Origin: Mytilus edulis
Taxonomy: Eukaryota
Length of the DNA: 64,000 nucleotides
Reading direction: 5' to 3'
Assembly (NCBI RefSeq): GCF_963676685.1
Contig: NC_092349.1
Coordinates: 79,980,001 to 80,044,000, forward strand
Below the pieces are notes generated by a model that saw only the letters and a program-made list of their open reading frames with translations, had not been told where the DNA came from and did no database searches. Position numbers and translations under genes: made by a program. Below, piece after piece: positions 50,991 to 64,000 of this stretch. Within the stretch, counting starts at the first letter, position 1; each line of letters begins with the position of its first letter.

Positions 50991-53029
50991 AACTGTGTCA
51001 CTAAGAGCAAACAAACAAAAGAAGTGAAGAAAAGTTTAACAGCTTACTTTAGAAATAAATAAATAGTCAAACAAAAAAAGTAAAATGCATTGTACTTACT
51101 GTCATAACAAACTTTTTTCAAGAAAAAAAAAGAGATTATAAGAATTTTGTTTTATCTTAATGATACAATGTAAATCATAAAGCAGTATGCAAAAAAGATT
51201 AATCCCTTTTGAAAAGGTTGAGGGAACGACCTCCTCAGAAAAAACATTGATGAATACTTACAATGATTATAAATAACAAATCTAGATATCATCATTTTAT
51301 AGGAAACCATATTCACCTCTTACATGTATAATAGATTAAATTAACATTTTATTGTTTTATGTTATAAAATACATTACTTTATTCTCATCTTAATCTTATA
51401 GTGCACACCAAATAGTTATGTAATAATGATGCGCATTTGTGGGAGAACTACTTCTTAAATTTTGTTTGAGGAGCTAAATGTCTTATCTAAGTCTGTTAGT
51501 TTCTTAAAACCACACTAGAATATTTAATATTTATTTCATCTATTTTGATTTATAATATGTTTGCACTATTAAACACAAACATTACAACTAATTATACTTA
51601 CTACATGCAAGTATATGCCTCGAAACGAACTGAAACATAACATACTTCAGAGCAGAAACCATTCTGCTTATCCTTTGTGTCGATTAAAACGATCTAAAAA
51701 GGATTATAAACTGTAATACAATATATTCATAATTGTTTTTCCTATTAGATATGTCAATTAATAAATAAGCTAACGAACTCAACGTTTGGTCCTTATACTA
51801 CTTAAATAATGGTTGGCGATCATGTTAAAACTTTAAAACTGCAACGCAATACCGAATTATCAGACCTTTCCATTGCTGGTCAATATGAATCTTAAATTCT
51901 AAAAGAGCGCATTGGCTACACAAAATAAAAAATCAAGTATTGTAGTAGCACCGGTTCACGACCACTGGATGTTATATTGACTGTTGTTCTCCGGGGTATT
52001 ATCAGGATCAAGAGTCAGTGTTAAACACTGTCTGATTTATATCATACGTTTATATAATTCTCAATTGATAAGTGAGGAAATTAAATTTCAAACTTACGTA
52101 GACATAGTTGAGTTATTTTTTGGTTATTATTGATGTATATATCAAAAAGAAATCAAAAAGAAGATGTGGTATGATTACAAATGAGACAACTGTTCACAAG
52201 CAAACAAATGACAAAGATATTAACAACAATAGATCACCGTCTTTTTTTATCTCAAACTCCTCATGAACTCCTGTATATCTACAAATCGATTGCTCTTAAT
52301 GTTTTTGGTTTGATAATTTCTGTTGAGTGTACATCCCATTAAAGCACTTCGAACGGACGTTATATATGAATAATTTTTGTTTTATACTTACAAAACTTAT
52401 ACGCAATTTGTATGTTGTCAATAAGATAAATGTTATCTACGTGATGGTTACTGGGAGTGTTTGAATAAACCAGTGGTCCGTGGTTGTGTGAAATGGTCAT
52501 AGAAAAAAATATCTTTCACATTTTAAAAATCCAATGTTTGCAGTACCAAATTATTGAAACGTATTTTAATTTCTACAATTTTTCAAAAGTCATTAGCTGT
52601 CAGTAAGACGTTTAATATGCAGTCATACCAATTTAATGATGATTCACAGAAAATGTGTATCATCCACACTCCGCCATCTATAAAAACCTTTAAAATATGA
52701 GGGAAAGATACAGGAAGGACAGTCAAACTCATAGATCGAAAATAAACTGACAACGCAATGGCTTTGAATGAAGAAGACAAACAAACAAATGAAAGAACAC
52801 ATGACACTGTTGTAAGTTCACTCAGTAGTCCCCAAAAGCATTACCGAGTTGGTATAAACGACTGAGTATCTCGGGACATAGTACTTGCATAAAAGTAAAT
52901 ATCTAGATTGTCTTAGATATGATGTTAAAATTGTCAAATCATTCAAAACTTAGTTATAAGTCTTCCACTATGTAAAACTATGATTGCTTGTCCGTGTTTA
53001 GTTCACACTTGCTTTTTAAGTTATAAATA

Positions 53030-53335
53030 AACTCATCATAGATACCAGGACTAAACTACTTCTTTTTTTTTACATAAATAAGGCCGTTAGTTTTCTCGTT
53101 TGAATTGTTTTACATTGTCTTATCGGGGCCTTTTATAGCTGACTATGCGGTATGGGCTTTGCTCATTGTTGAAGGCCGTAAGGTGACCTATAGTTGTTAA
53201 TGTCTGTGTCATTTCGGTCTTTTGTGGATAGTTGTCTCATTGGCAATCATACCACATCTTCTTTTTTATATTAGTATATACGCCAGACGCGCGTTTCGTC
53301 TACAAAAGACTCATTAGTGACGCTCGAATCCAAAA
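53030..53335. repeat. Family A short copy interrupted by a ~200-bp family B element (~53065-53270)
   Basis: The two halves match the reverse complement of 5670-5762. The insert (AAATAAGGCCGTTAGTTTTCTCGTTTG..GTTGTCTCATTGGCAATCATACCACATCTT) also occurs at ~56495-56675 and inverted at ~52160, 58335, 60315-60490, 60565. Confidence 0.7.
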
Positions 53336-53494
53336 AATTGCGCTCAACGTTGCTATAGGTTTTTGATTTTTCAATATTTTGGCATTGGGAAGTGATATTA
53401 TAAGTCGAGATGCCCATTGTTTATTATAAAAGTTGTACAGCTTTATATTGTATATGTTGTACTTATATTCTAATTTGTACACTATTATTGTAAC

Positions 53495-53775
53495 ACAGTA
53501 ATGACTGCTGTACCCATATTTTTGCTTTTATTTATTATGTCTGTTATGTTTACGAATCGTTGTAAATATAACGAAATTTGATGTGAATGTCATTTAAGAG
53601 GTTTAGCGCTATAAAACCAGGTTCAATCCACCATTTTCTACATTTGAACATGCCTGTACCAAGTCAGGAATATAACAGTTGTTGTCCATTCGTTTGATGT
53701 GTTTTGTCATTTGATTAGGGACTTTACGATTGAATTTTCCTCGGAGTTCAGTATTTTTGTGATTTTACTTTTTTT
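53495..53775 (+). repeat. Interspersed repeat family C (also ~55790-55990, 59120-59530; inverted at ~7000-7100, 7770-7915, 61320-61620)
   Basis: Shared motifs GAGAGGTTTAGC..TATAAAACCAGGTT and CCTGTACCAAGTCAGGAATAT.ACAGTTGTT.TCCATTCGTTTG. Confidence 0.65.
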
Positions 53776-54519
53776 TTATAACGTTAAATGAATGTCTGTG
53801 TATTTCTTACCTTTTACGTTTTGTTCTAACTTTTGACGACATAAGTCATATGACAATCGGTTGTGATTTTGGAAATTTTTTGGTCTATATATAATATCGA
53901 AACTACCATAATTCTATGTATCTATTATTAATGCGAAAATTTTCACCTTTAGTAAACATATTAGTTACTTTATGTCAAAGCAATTTAAATGGAACGTGTC
54001 GAGAAAAATATGTTATTGTATTCAATAAACATTTAACTGAAATTTGATGCATAATAAATATTTACAGTAGTTGCATAGTTATATGTGCAAAAAAGCTTTG
54101 TATTCAGCTATAGAGATTTGATTGTATCTACATATTTCATAATACAATATTTAAATGACCATCCTTATAAAAAAAACATCTCATTAGTGTTAATGCCCTA
54201 AAAAGCCATGATTTTTACAAAACATATTTTTTAATAGAGAGTATATATACTGTTTCGAACTAATTATGGCAATTGAGATAGTTGATATTAAATAAAAACA
54301 AAAACAATCTGCATGTGTCGATGAAAATACTACATCTTAAATGTAACAACAAAGTATTGAAAATTGGGAACATCTGTCCTACGTTCAAGACACATATAAT
54401 GTTAAATTTCGAGTTCATTTTTGTGTTAAAATCATATTCCATTAACTCTTTGCATGATAAGTGAATTGAGAATTGTCAATTAAATTGAAAATCAAAATAT
54501 ACAATCTATCGACACTTAC

Positions 54520-54980
54520 TGAGGGTTGCTGCTCACACGGAAGCTATCAAACCAAGAGTTTCAAATGGTGAAGTTGAAATCATCCCTTCGTAAATTTTAC
54601 GGACGCCATCACGAGTTGGTTGACCGTTATGGAATAACCGTTTCACAAATGATATCGGATATGTTCCTTACGTAGTAACTTCAATCCCCTTCCCTTTCAT
54701 GAATCTGACCTACAGAATTAGACTATTTACCGGATTTGTTATCACATAAGCAACACGACGGGTGCCACATGTGGAGCAGGATCTGCTTATCCTTCCGGAG
54801 CACCTGAGATAACCCCTACTTTTTTGGTGGGGTTCGTTTTGTTTATTCTTTAGTTTTCTATGTTTTTGCATGTGTACTATTGTTTGTCTGTTTCTTTTTC
54901 ATTTTTAGCCATGGCGTTGTCAGTTTATTTTCGATTTATGAGATTGACTGTCCTTTTGGTATCTTTCGTCCCTCTTTTAC
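54520..54980 (+). mobile_element. 5'-truncated retroelement 3' end (probably Penelope-like); related copies at ~57060-57398, 52700-52805 (inverted), 48860-48940
   Basis: Encodes the ORF end LLLTRKLSNQEFQMVKLKSSLRKFYGRHHELVDRYGITVSQMISDMFLT*, followed by a tail shared with 57088-57398 ending GTATCTTTCGTCCCTCTTTT. Class assignment is from memory. Confidence 0.55.
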
Positions 54981-57059
54981 TAAGGTTGAAAATTGTGGAC
55001 AATCATAGGTTTGTATTATGATCTTTAGACAAACGATGAAGTACAGTATCCGACGTTACTCGTTTGGCTTTCCAAATTTTAAAAGTTTCCTTAAAACAGC
55101 TTCATAAAATTTGCTTTGTTAATTTTTTTCCTTCTTATTATCACCATTCAATTTTAACAGCCATCAAGATAGGATTTCATAGTAACTGTGAACAAACTAC
55201 ATTTTTTGAATATGAAGTTGAACAAACAAAAACCCATACATAGGTTACAATAAATAAAAATTAAATCACATTGTGTGAACTATGATGAACACATTTGATT
55301 TATGTTCAGTTAGCACACATATTTGTTATTCTAAAGTTAGAGGCAGATTGGACGTTAAAGTCCAACTATATATGTTGTTATTTAAGGATACAACTGTCTT
55401 TGTTAGGGACAAAACATTCTGACTACTGTAAAAAGTTCTGTAAAATAAGGTGCCTTTCAGCTTTTCTAAAATGTTCATCGGACGCAAGACCCTGTTGATA
55501 AATATTCCGTATAGACTTCACAAATAATACACGATGGTCTTGAAATATAGATTCTAGGTACTGACGTTGTGTATCAATTTAATAACGTGTTATAGCATTC
55601 TTTTGTTTGTCGTTGTTAAATTTTATTTTTACTATTAAGTCTATTTCATATAAATACCCATTTGACTTATCCATCCCTTCCTTGTTTTATTGGTAAGAAT
55701 TTTATAGTCTAGTCATTCGTTTTGTTAATGTGCTTTGTTTTTATGCCTTTTTGTGTTGTCTTTGCTGACTATTCTTTTGGTTGTCATGTTAATTAAGATT
55801 ATAACACAATTTTGTCTGATGTACTCCTATTTAAAATGATATTTTTACCTATTATCTGTTTGTTTTGTTCACACCTCGTAGTCAATACAATGGAATTATT
55901 ATGCGACTATCATACAAGTTAGAGGTTTAGCTAGCTACATATTCCTGACTTAGTATAGACATTTTCTTATGTAAAAAAACGGTGGATAAAACCTAAATTA
56001 TACAGAAGTGAATATTGAAAAATCTGTACACATCAAATCCGACAACAAACTCAAGTGATTTGTAAGGGTTAGAAGATCTTACCACTTAGTGAGATCTTTA
56101 TTGTTTCTGCTGTTAAAATACGTTGCTGGGTCATATCCGGAAGTAAGACATTAAGAGCGGACAAGTAAATATATAACCTTATGAATTATACCATCATAAC
56201 TAGCAATGAAAGGACTCGATCACATAACATACGATTGACGTGAAAGATACATGTAGACACATCTTAGACAGCAAAAAATAAGACAGCATAATATAACACC
56301 CCTAAAAAAACTTATAAATAAATTGTTCTTATATCGTATTGTTCCACCACTGTTCTCCGTTAGCGGAGGTTTGGCGCCTTCAAACTAGTTAAACCCTCCA
56401 CATTATGTATGTGCCTGTCCCAAGTCAGGAAACTATAATTCAGTGGTTATTATTTATTGCTATATCATGTTTGTTTTTCGTTCATTATTTTGTACATTAA
56501 TCAGCCCGTTTGATTTCTCGTTTGAATAGTTTAATATTTACCATTTCGAACCTTTCACAACTGACTATGCGGAATTAGTTTTGTTGAAGCACCTACGGTG
56601 AGCTATACTTATTAACTTCTATGTCATTTGGTCTCTGTGGAGAGTTGTGTCATTGGCAATCATACCAAATACTTTTTTCTAATGACAAAATTGTCGATTC
56701 AGGTTATACATCTCCGAGTTTTTAGTGCTTGCATTTCATTTAATGAATTTAAAGAAAGTTAATAAACCAAGAAATATAAAGGGTATAGTTGAAATTATCT
56801 TTTCAAACGCTTAACTGGCAACATAATGCTTCGGTTGACATTTCATAATAATGTTGTTGGTGATGACCACTGACATATTCTACTTGTTTAGATCAAAAAT
56901 CACTTCCTACTTGATTACAACATTATATGTGCTTTATCACAGAAGAGCTGGATATAAACAGTATGATGGTTGCAACAACAAGAAGAGAAGGACATGATTT
57001 CCCTGCCACAACAATGGCATTTTGGGAAGGCTAAGTTGCATAATTTATGTAGTGTGTTT

Positions 57060-57398
57060 TTAACTGATGGTAACGATGATATTACATTTACAATCCCCTT
57101 CCCTTTCATGAATGTGACCTAGAGAATTAGACTATTTACCAGATTTGTTATAACATGAACAACACGACGGGTGTCACATGTGGAGCAAAATCTAATTACC
57201 CTTCCGGAGCACCTGAGATCACACCTAGTTATTTGGTGGGGTTCGTGTTGCTTATTCTTAAGTTTTCTATGTTGTGTCATGTGTACTTTTGTTTATCTGT
57301 TTATCTGTTTGTCTTTTTCATTTTTAGCTATGGCATTGTCAGTTTATTTTCGATTTATGAGTTTGACTGTCCTATAGGTATCTTTCGTCCCTCTTTTG
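57060..57398 (+). repeat. Second, shorter copy of the 54520-54980 element tail
   Basis: CAATCCCCTTCCCTTTCATGAAT..CCTTCCGGAGCACCTGAGAT..GGTGGGGTTCGTG shared with 54680-54980. Confidence 0.75.
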
Positions 57399-58490
57399 CA
57401 GTGGATATGTATTTCATTATTATTTTATTTATAATTTTTGTTTGAACGACCAACCACCAAATTGGCAATTACCTATATGTATTTCTGTGAGGATTTTACA
57501 TTTTCATTTTTCTTAGGTTCTAAGACGTAATAAATTAATTTGTTTAAAATTTCGTAACATTTGTAGTATTAACTTAATCGATATTTCTTTTATGTATTAT
57601 ATCACTTACACGGCTTGAAAACATGATAGATGTGCGTTTCCATATACATGATCTACCCTATTTTGATAAAGCTATTTTTAGATATGATATACCCATTTAA
57701 AAATAATTCAAAACATTATATGAGAAAGAAACATCATTCAGTAATCGTTTATCAAAATCTAATTACATTGCTTTGCAGGGGCAGACATATAATTTACAAT
57801 ATTTAATTCTTAAAGCTTACAATAAGTCAATTTTCAGTATGAATCTTTGTTTACTTTTAGAATCAAATATCTAAAATAAATATAAAAACCGCATCCTTGT
57901 ATTTATTTTTTAGATTTGGAGTAATTCAAACATGTTTTCTGTCTAAGACATATAGTCACTTACCTTGAAATATTTAATAATAGTGCAAATATTACAAACT
58001 TATGAATACGATAGAAAGTGTTTCAGGTTTATCATGTTTATGTTCAGTTTTCGTCTGATCATGAAAGGCGATACATATATATTTATATGTATTAAGTTAT
58101 AGTTGATTGAATTTCAATCACATTTGTAAAGAAGTGTATATAATATAGGTAAAATATACTTTAAATTTCGTCAGTGTTATAATGTATGTTAAATATTCTA
58201 TTGTATTTGTGCAATGCATAACTGGAAAACCCATGTAGTTTTTTAAGCAATGTTTTCGAAAAGTTTAAATCCAAAGATAAAGGGAAACACTTTGTTTACA
58301 TAAAAAAATGTTTTTGTCAGTGTACATAGATATACGAAGATGTAGTATGATACAAATGAGACAACCCAACATTCTAATACAATTTATAAAAAGTTAACCA
58401 TAATAGGTCAAAGTACGGTCCTTGACTCACATCGAAAAGTACATTATATACTTTGAAACGCAAAAGTAAAATAAATTTGATAATGAAGTG

Positions 58491-58797
58491 ATGTGGTAAA
58501 GTTGATAATCAGACAACTATCCAATTGGGTCAATGCAAATAACTTCAATTTAAAGCTAGTTAGAAGCCAATAACACCTTGTAAATAAATAGACAATCAAA
58601 TGACTATCAAATGCTAATTACTTCGATTGAAATCTAGTTAGAGGCAATAACTTCTAAAAAAATCATGATGTCCAAGAGTAAAACTTAGTGTAGCTTAGTA
58701 CTGAGGAGATGTGGTATAATTATTACTCAGACAACTATCCAATTGGGTCAATGCAAATCTATAACTTCGATTTAAAGCTAGTTTAAAGCCAATAACA
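58491..58797 (+). repeat. Local imperfect direct duplication (~85 bp at ~58491 and ~58709; partial third copy at ~58618)
   Basis: CAGACAACTATCCAATTGGGTCAATGCAAAT..AACTTC.ATTTAAAGCTAGTT..AAGCCAATAACA occurs twice. Confidence 0.7.
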
Positions 58798-59593
58798 TCA
58801 CTAAAGATATCTCTACCAAAACTAGAATCGTCAGATAGTTATAGTTTTAAGATGAACACACACTCATTAGGTATTTAAAATCAGTCACTGGAAAATACTA
58901 AGACCTTGTTGGTAAATGTTCCGTATTAACTGCACAAATCATACACTGTGATGTAGAAATAAACACTGACGAGTAAGAACTGACGATTTTAATCATCTTA
59001 ATTACGTCTTATGATTTCTTTTTTTTTATCTGTAAATTGCTGTTTTTATTGTTTAGTTTATTTTGGATGGTTTCCATTTGATGGGGCTTGCTACTTATAG
59101 ATCTCGTAATTGTGCTATGTTAATTGTGTTTTATTGTCTTTCGTTTTTGTTAATGTGCATTGTCTATATACCATTTTGTTTTTCTTTGTTGATATATTTA
59201 CTTGTTTATAGTGATTGGGATTATAACACAATGTTGACTTCTGTACTCCTATTTTGACTTTTTAGCTAGGATATATTTTTGTTTTTGTTTACACATTGTT
59301 GTCAATATAATGATTTTTTTTTTGTGACTGTCATACGAGTGAGAGGTTCAGCTAGAATAAAACAAGGTTCAAGCCACGATTTTCTACATTACAAAATGCC
59401 TGTATTAAGTCAGAATATGACGGTTGTTATCCATTATTGTAATGTGTTTCAGGGTTAGGTTAGGGTTAAGGTTGTTTTTCCATTTAATAAGAGTCTTCTT
59501 GTTTTGAATAATCCGCGGAGTGCGATATTTTTCTAATTTTTGCAACGTGATTTTTCAAAAGTCACAGTAGACTCAGAATTGCAGCCGGTGATT

Positions 59594-59625
<32 letters not shown>

Positions 59626-62600
59626 TCGTTTGAAAGTAATGAATCATTGGATAAAAAATTAGTCTAGGAAATTTATATTTTAAATCAATAAATAAACTCA
59701 TAATCATACTACAGAAGAATAATTTTAAGTGTCTGCTATCTGCTTTTAATAAAAAAAAAAAAAACATGATAGTATATGCCTGTGTTTCCTTCAGCATTGG
59801 TGCAAGGTTTTGTTTGTATAAATTAGTTAAAGTGCCTGCTTTCTGTTGTTAATTTGAAAATGAATTTTAAAAACTTTCGTTTCCTTCCTGATGATCATTA
59901 TTTTGTATAACTATATCCTGCTCATTGTATGTGTTCAGCATCGCAAAAAGTCGAATAGTGTTTAAAACTCAGGTATAATCCTCTTCTAATCGACTTGATC
60001 CTTTATTCATGTGATGCAGCCTAAATAAAGGAACTTCGCGAGTAGAATAAAGAGACGCGTGAATTATTCATTAATTTCCATGTACAGACAATGTCCTCCA
60101 ATAAAATGATTTTTATTTAACTGTAAATCACCCTGCGGCCCAATAATAACGAAAAGCAAGACTGCATGGCTAGAAAAGACCAGATATATGACTGAATGTT
60201 AAACAATTAAATAAAAAAAGGCCTGATATAATTTCCAAAACAACCTATGTAGTCAACTGTGAAGTCTTGCCTGTCAACAATCGTCTTTTTCCCCCTTTGA
60301 CCATACTGTTACATAAAAAGATGTGGTATGCTTGCCAATGATACAACTGCCGACAATATACCAAATGACACTGAAATCAACAACTATAGATCAACCATGA
60401 GCAAACCTCATACCACATAGTCAGATATGTATGGCCCCGAAATGACTAATGTAAAAAAAATCCAAACAAGAAAAACTAACGTCCTTAGTTAAATAATGTA
60501 TGTCATTGACGAATAGTTTTTTCCTGGTCCTTTATGACATTCATTTTGTTACTATATTTACATAGGAAGTTGTGGTATGAGTGCCAATGAGACAACTCTC
60601 CATCCAAATAAAAATTTATAAAAAATAACCATTATAGGTCAAGGTACGGCCTTCAACAAGGAGCCCTGGCTCACACCGAACAGCAATATAAAGGGCTCCC
60701 AAAATAACTAGTTCAAACGGGAAAACGAGACTTTCTTATTGTAAAATGTTTTGTCTATATTAAAGCTTTCCTTTGTTTTACTAAACGGTTGACAAAAAAA
60801 GTTTAAAACTGTTTTTATTAATAACTTAAAATTTGAACGGAAGGAATCAATTTCACGTTTGGTTTAAAAAGGCAGTTGTTTGGTGCCATGCTACGATATT
60901 AATTGAATTTAGCAATGGCGATATGGAAGTTATTAATCTATTGTAGTCATTATAACAATTAAAAGTTAAGTTTGAAAAGGATGTTTTCGATTAAAAATAT
61001 TGTTTGAAATCAAAATTAGATCAGGAAACAACTTGGCCGCAATTTAATAATAAAAAATGAAAAAAACACATTTACGCCTACGGAATACTATATAGGAATC
61101 TAAATTTGAACATTCAGAAACCCATTGCGATACGGAAGTAACATAGTTTTATTTACATACTTGTATTTGTATATTGTTTAGATTACGGTCAATAACCTTC
61201 TATTGTCACATGTTTTATGCGACTATAAAATTGAGAATGGAATAGTTAATAATAAATCTATATTTTAATTCATATTTAAAAAAAAATAGGTACATATCAA
61301 AACCTGAAAAGACAAAAGTTAAATAACAACATTACTCCTAGAAAAATTCAAAACGAAACTTGAAGTCCGCAATCCAAAAGGCAAAATGAAAAGCTCAAAC
61401 ACACCAAACGAACAGAAAACACCTGTCATATTCCTGACTTGGTACAAACTATTTATATGCAGAAAATGGTGAAATAAACCTGGTTTTATAGCTATCTGAA
61501 CCTCTCACTTGTATGACAGTCGCATGAATTTACATTATACTGACAAAAAACTCAAACACAACAGGTTAAACGGTCCAAAGTTGGGGTAAAGCAGTAAACA
61601 TTGTGATATATGGGTCATCACTATAAAAACAAAGAGACACAAATAAGAATATAGACTAAGCCCATCTGCTTAAATAAACGGCAAGAATACAAAAAATTAA
61701 CAAAGTACACTTAGACAATGAGGGGATGTATAAAAGTCTCTAAACAACAAACAAGCAACATCCCTTTTTTTATTCGAAAGTTACCGATACTAGCGCACAA
61801 AATTTCAATCCAATTATCTATAATGAGTTTATATAATACTTAATCGAAACGCTATCATAATATGATTACTACACAATTGTTTTAATATCAAAACCATGCA
61901 TCATACATCTACAAATTAATACAAAAGTGTATATACTATACTTTAAACACTGATGGAAGAGAATAACTGATTGAATTTCACAATTTATTCATTGCGTTGT
62001 TCGTTGCCTTTTTGCCATTTGAATGTTTAACCAATCTTTTCTTCAGCAATTTCAAAATATTGTGACAGTTTGATTTCCGTGTGATAATTATTCGACTTTC
62101 TAGTTAAAAAATCAGAAATAGTCATGCCGTTTTAGCATTAAAGGAACACATAATTACATCACCATAACAATTATTAAACCAACTATAAGCCTTAGTATTG
62201 ACATCAGTGACATATTGCTTTCATCAATAGAATCATCAAGTCATTGTAAATAGCAAACACATATAATACTTCACAAAAATTTTTAATCCCATCCTGCATA
62301 ATTTTTACCATCATTGGTTTTTTTTTTTACAAAAAAATGGCAGAAGATATCTAACAGATATGCATGCAAGATGCATATCTGTTAATTGCGTCCGTATGGC
62401 AGTTTATATCATAAATACACCATACAAATAATAAAAACGGTTGTACAGGCAAAAGTATTTCACATGTAGAAGAGTTAATTATCTAACTTATTTAGGGTTG
62501 TATTTAATAAATTCATCTCTTTCACAAACCGCACCTCCTTTGGGGATATATATTATATTCATAGATACATTGTTTTGTTTACGTACTTTTTCCGAGATAT

Positions 62601-64000
62601 GATTTCTACGTTTCATCTCATAAAGACATAACTTCGGAATGTAACTAGAATAAATAAACATGAATTGTGGCCGCCTTCAATTGTGAGCAAGACCACGAGT
62701 TGAAGAGATTGGAGGAACGGGATTTAAGTATAATTTTAAGCTCTTTGAGCTTCGGGGGATATAAAAAATAGTAGTTCATATGAACCTCCCATTCTAGGAT
62801 ATATTTTTTTAAGTAACGTCATCGTAAACATGGTGCAGATGTTACCCGTTAAAGGATTTCCTATGGTAAATTGCATCTTCTAATATATACAGAAATGCAA
62901 AGTGAAGAGAGAGACGTGGCATAAAAGAAAAGGATCGAAAGACAAACAATATAGACTGAGCAACAGGAACTCCTACAAAAAGGTGTGGAGGTCTCGTGTT
63001 CTTCGGAAGGGAACTAAATGGTTAATAGCAATATCAATTATCAATCACTGAAGTTTGTATCGAAGAACGTCAATTTAATAATGTAGCACTACAGTGTGTT
63101 CGAATTTTAGGAAGTGTATGATTTAATAGCATATTTACATGTAACAGGACAGGTATATTGTTGTTTTCAATATTTTACATCACTGGGTCGATACCTCTCC
63201 AAAAGGATCTTAATCAGACTTTTAATAAATTTTAATCGGGAAAGGTCCTGTCAAGGACGGCAGTAAAAATCGTGAATGTGTGACCCCAGCTTAAGCATAT
63301 AAACAAGCGGCAAGATGGACAAGGGAAACTTCATATTTAGATTCTGCGATTTCAATTTCCTCAGGCAACGCGGTGTAAGACAGATTATTTGGTTATTAAT
63401 ATGTCCTTTTAAATCATATAGCTCATAAAGGCAATAGCGACATGTTTCTGCAGTCTTATATCATTAGATACTAGTAACAAAAACGTCGTCTTGTGTGTAA
63501 TTTGTAAATTGTGTCATATTTCAGTTAGTTACACTTTACCCGAGTAAATATTTGTTCTGTAGGTACTTCATCCCCATTCCTTAATGACAGCAGTGCTGAA
63601 AGACAATTATGAGAATTCAATTTGCCGAATAAGTCGTGCAATATAGCTTTATACCTTCCAACCACTCGCATCGAACTCGAAAGTTGTCGAATTAGAATAG
63701 CGGATGATGAAAGCATAGCAACAGACTCTTGCCACGTCGACGCAAGTAGTCTTACCTCTTTTCGAGTTCATGCAAATCCGTCAATATGTGCTTTTACTTT
63801 TAATCGCTTGATGAAATTAACAAAAACTTGCCAATTTGTACGTATGGAACTTTTCATACATACTTTTGTAATACATTTGTAATAAGTCGTTGCGAATTTT
63901 CTAGTAAAGGGGAGATGATCCAATTTGCAACATGATAAATCGTTTACCGAAATCAACTATAATAGATACATGTAGGTTATGTCTGTTTTAAGTGTTTCTA

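Noticed and set aside
53808-58040. Donor-like sites near 53810 and 57963 as upstream exons of the Ig gene
   Set aside because: Phase does not match the Ig exon or there is no in-frame ATG; they may be UTR exons but this cannot be shown from sequence alone.
59450-59473. Telomere-like GGGTTAGGTTAGGGTTAAGG
   Set aside because: Only about three degenerate units embedded in an interspersed repeat; no evidence of an interstitial telomere.
63525-63956. Consecutive minus-strand ORFs near the window end
   Set aside because: Interrupted by a stop, with no recognisable motif or convincing splice pattern; could be a decayed coding fragment but I cannot support a call.

Overview
AT-rich animal genomic DNA with spliceosomal introns; the interspersed repeats resemble those of a bivalve mollusc (Mytilus-like; inference). 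The window is dominated by one ~36-kb composite DNA transposon (9466-45422). It has two identical 460-bp long terminal direct repeats (LTDRs), each with its own 22-bp terminal inverted repeats, flanked by an ATAT target-site duplication. Between them is a head-to-tail array of at least 10 near-identical 3612-bp internal units: 9 complete and one broken by a 100-N gap. Each unit encodes a spliced ~678-aa DDD/E transposase (- strand) and a convergent 128-aa His-Me finger (I-PpoI-like) homing endonuclease (+ strand). This matches the described KolobokP lineage, but the architecture here is LTDR-(INT)n-LTDR. All nine internal junctions lack the LTDR and carry a single TATA inside the palindrome TTCTATAGAA. 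The array lies in the intron between the last Ig exon and the transmembrane exon of a minus-strand Ig-superfamily receptor gene. A second multi-Ig gene occupies 1-5823. The rest is intron or intergenic DNA with MITEs, short interspersed repeats and decayed retroelement fragments.
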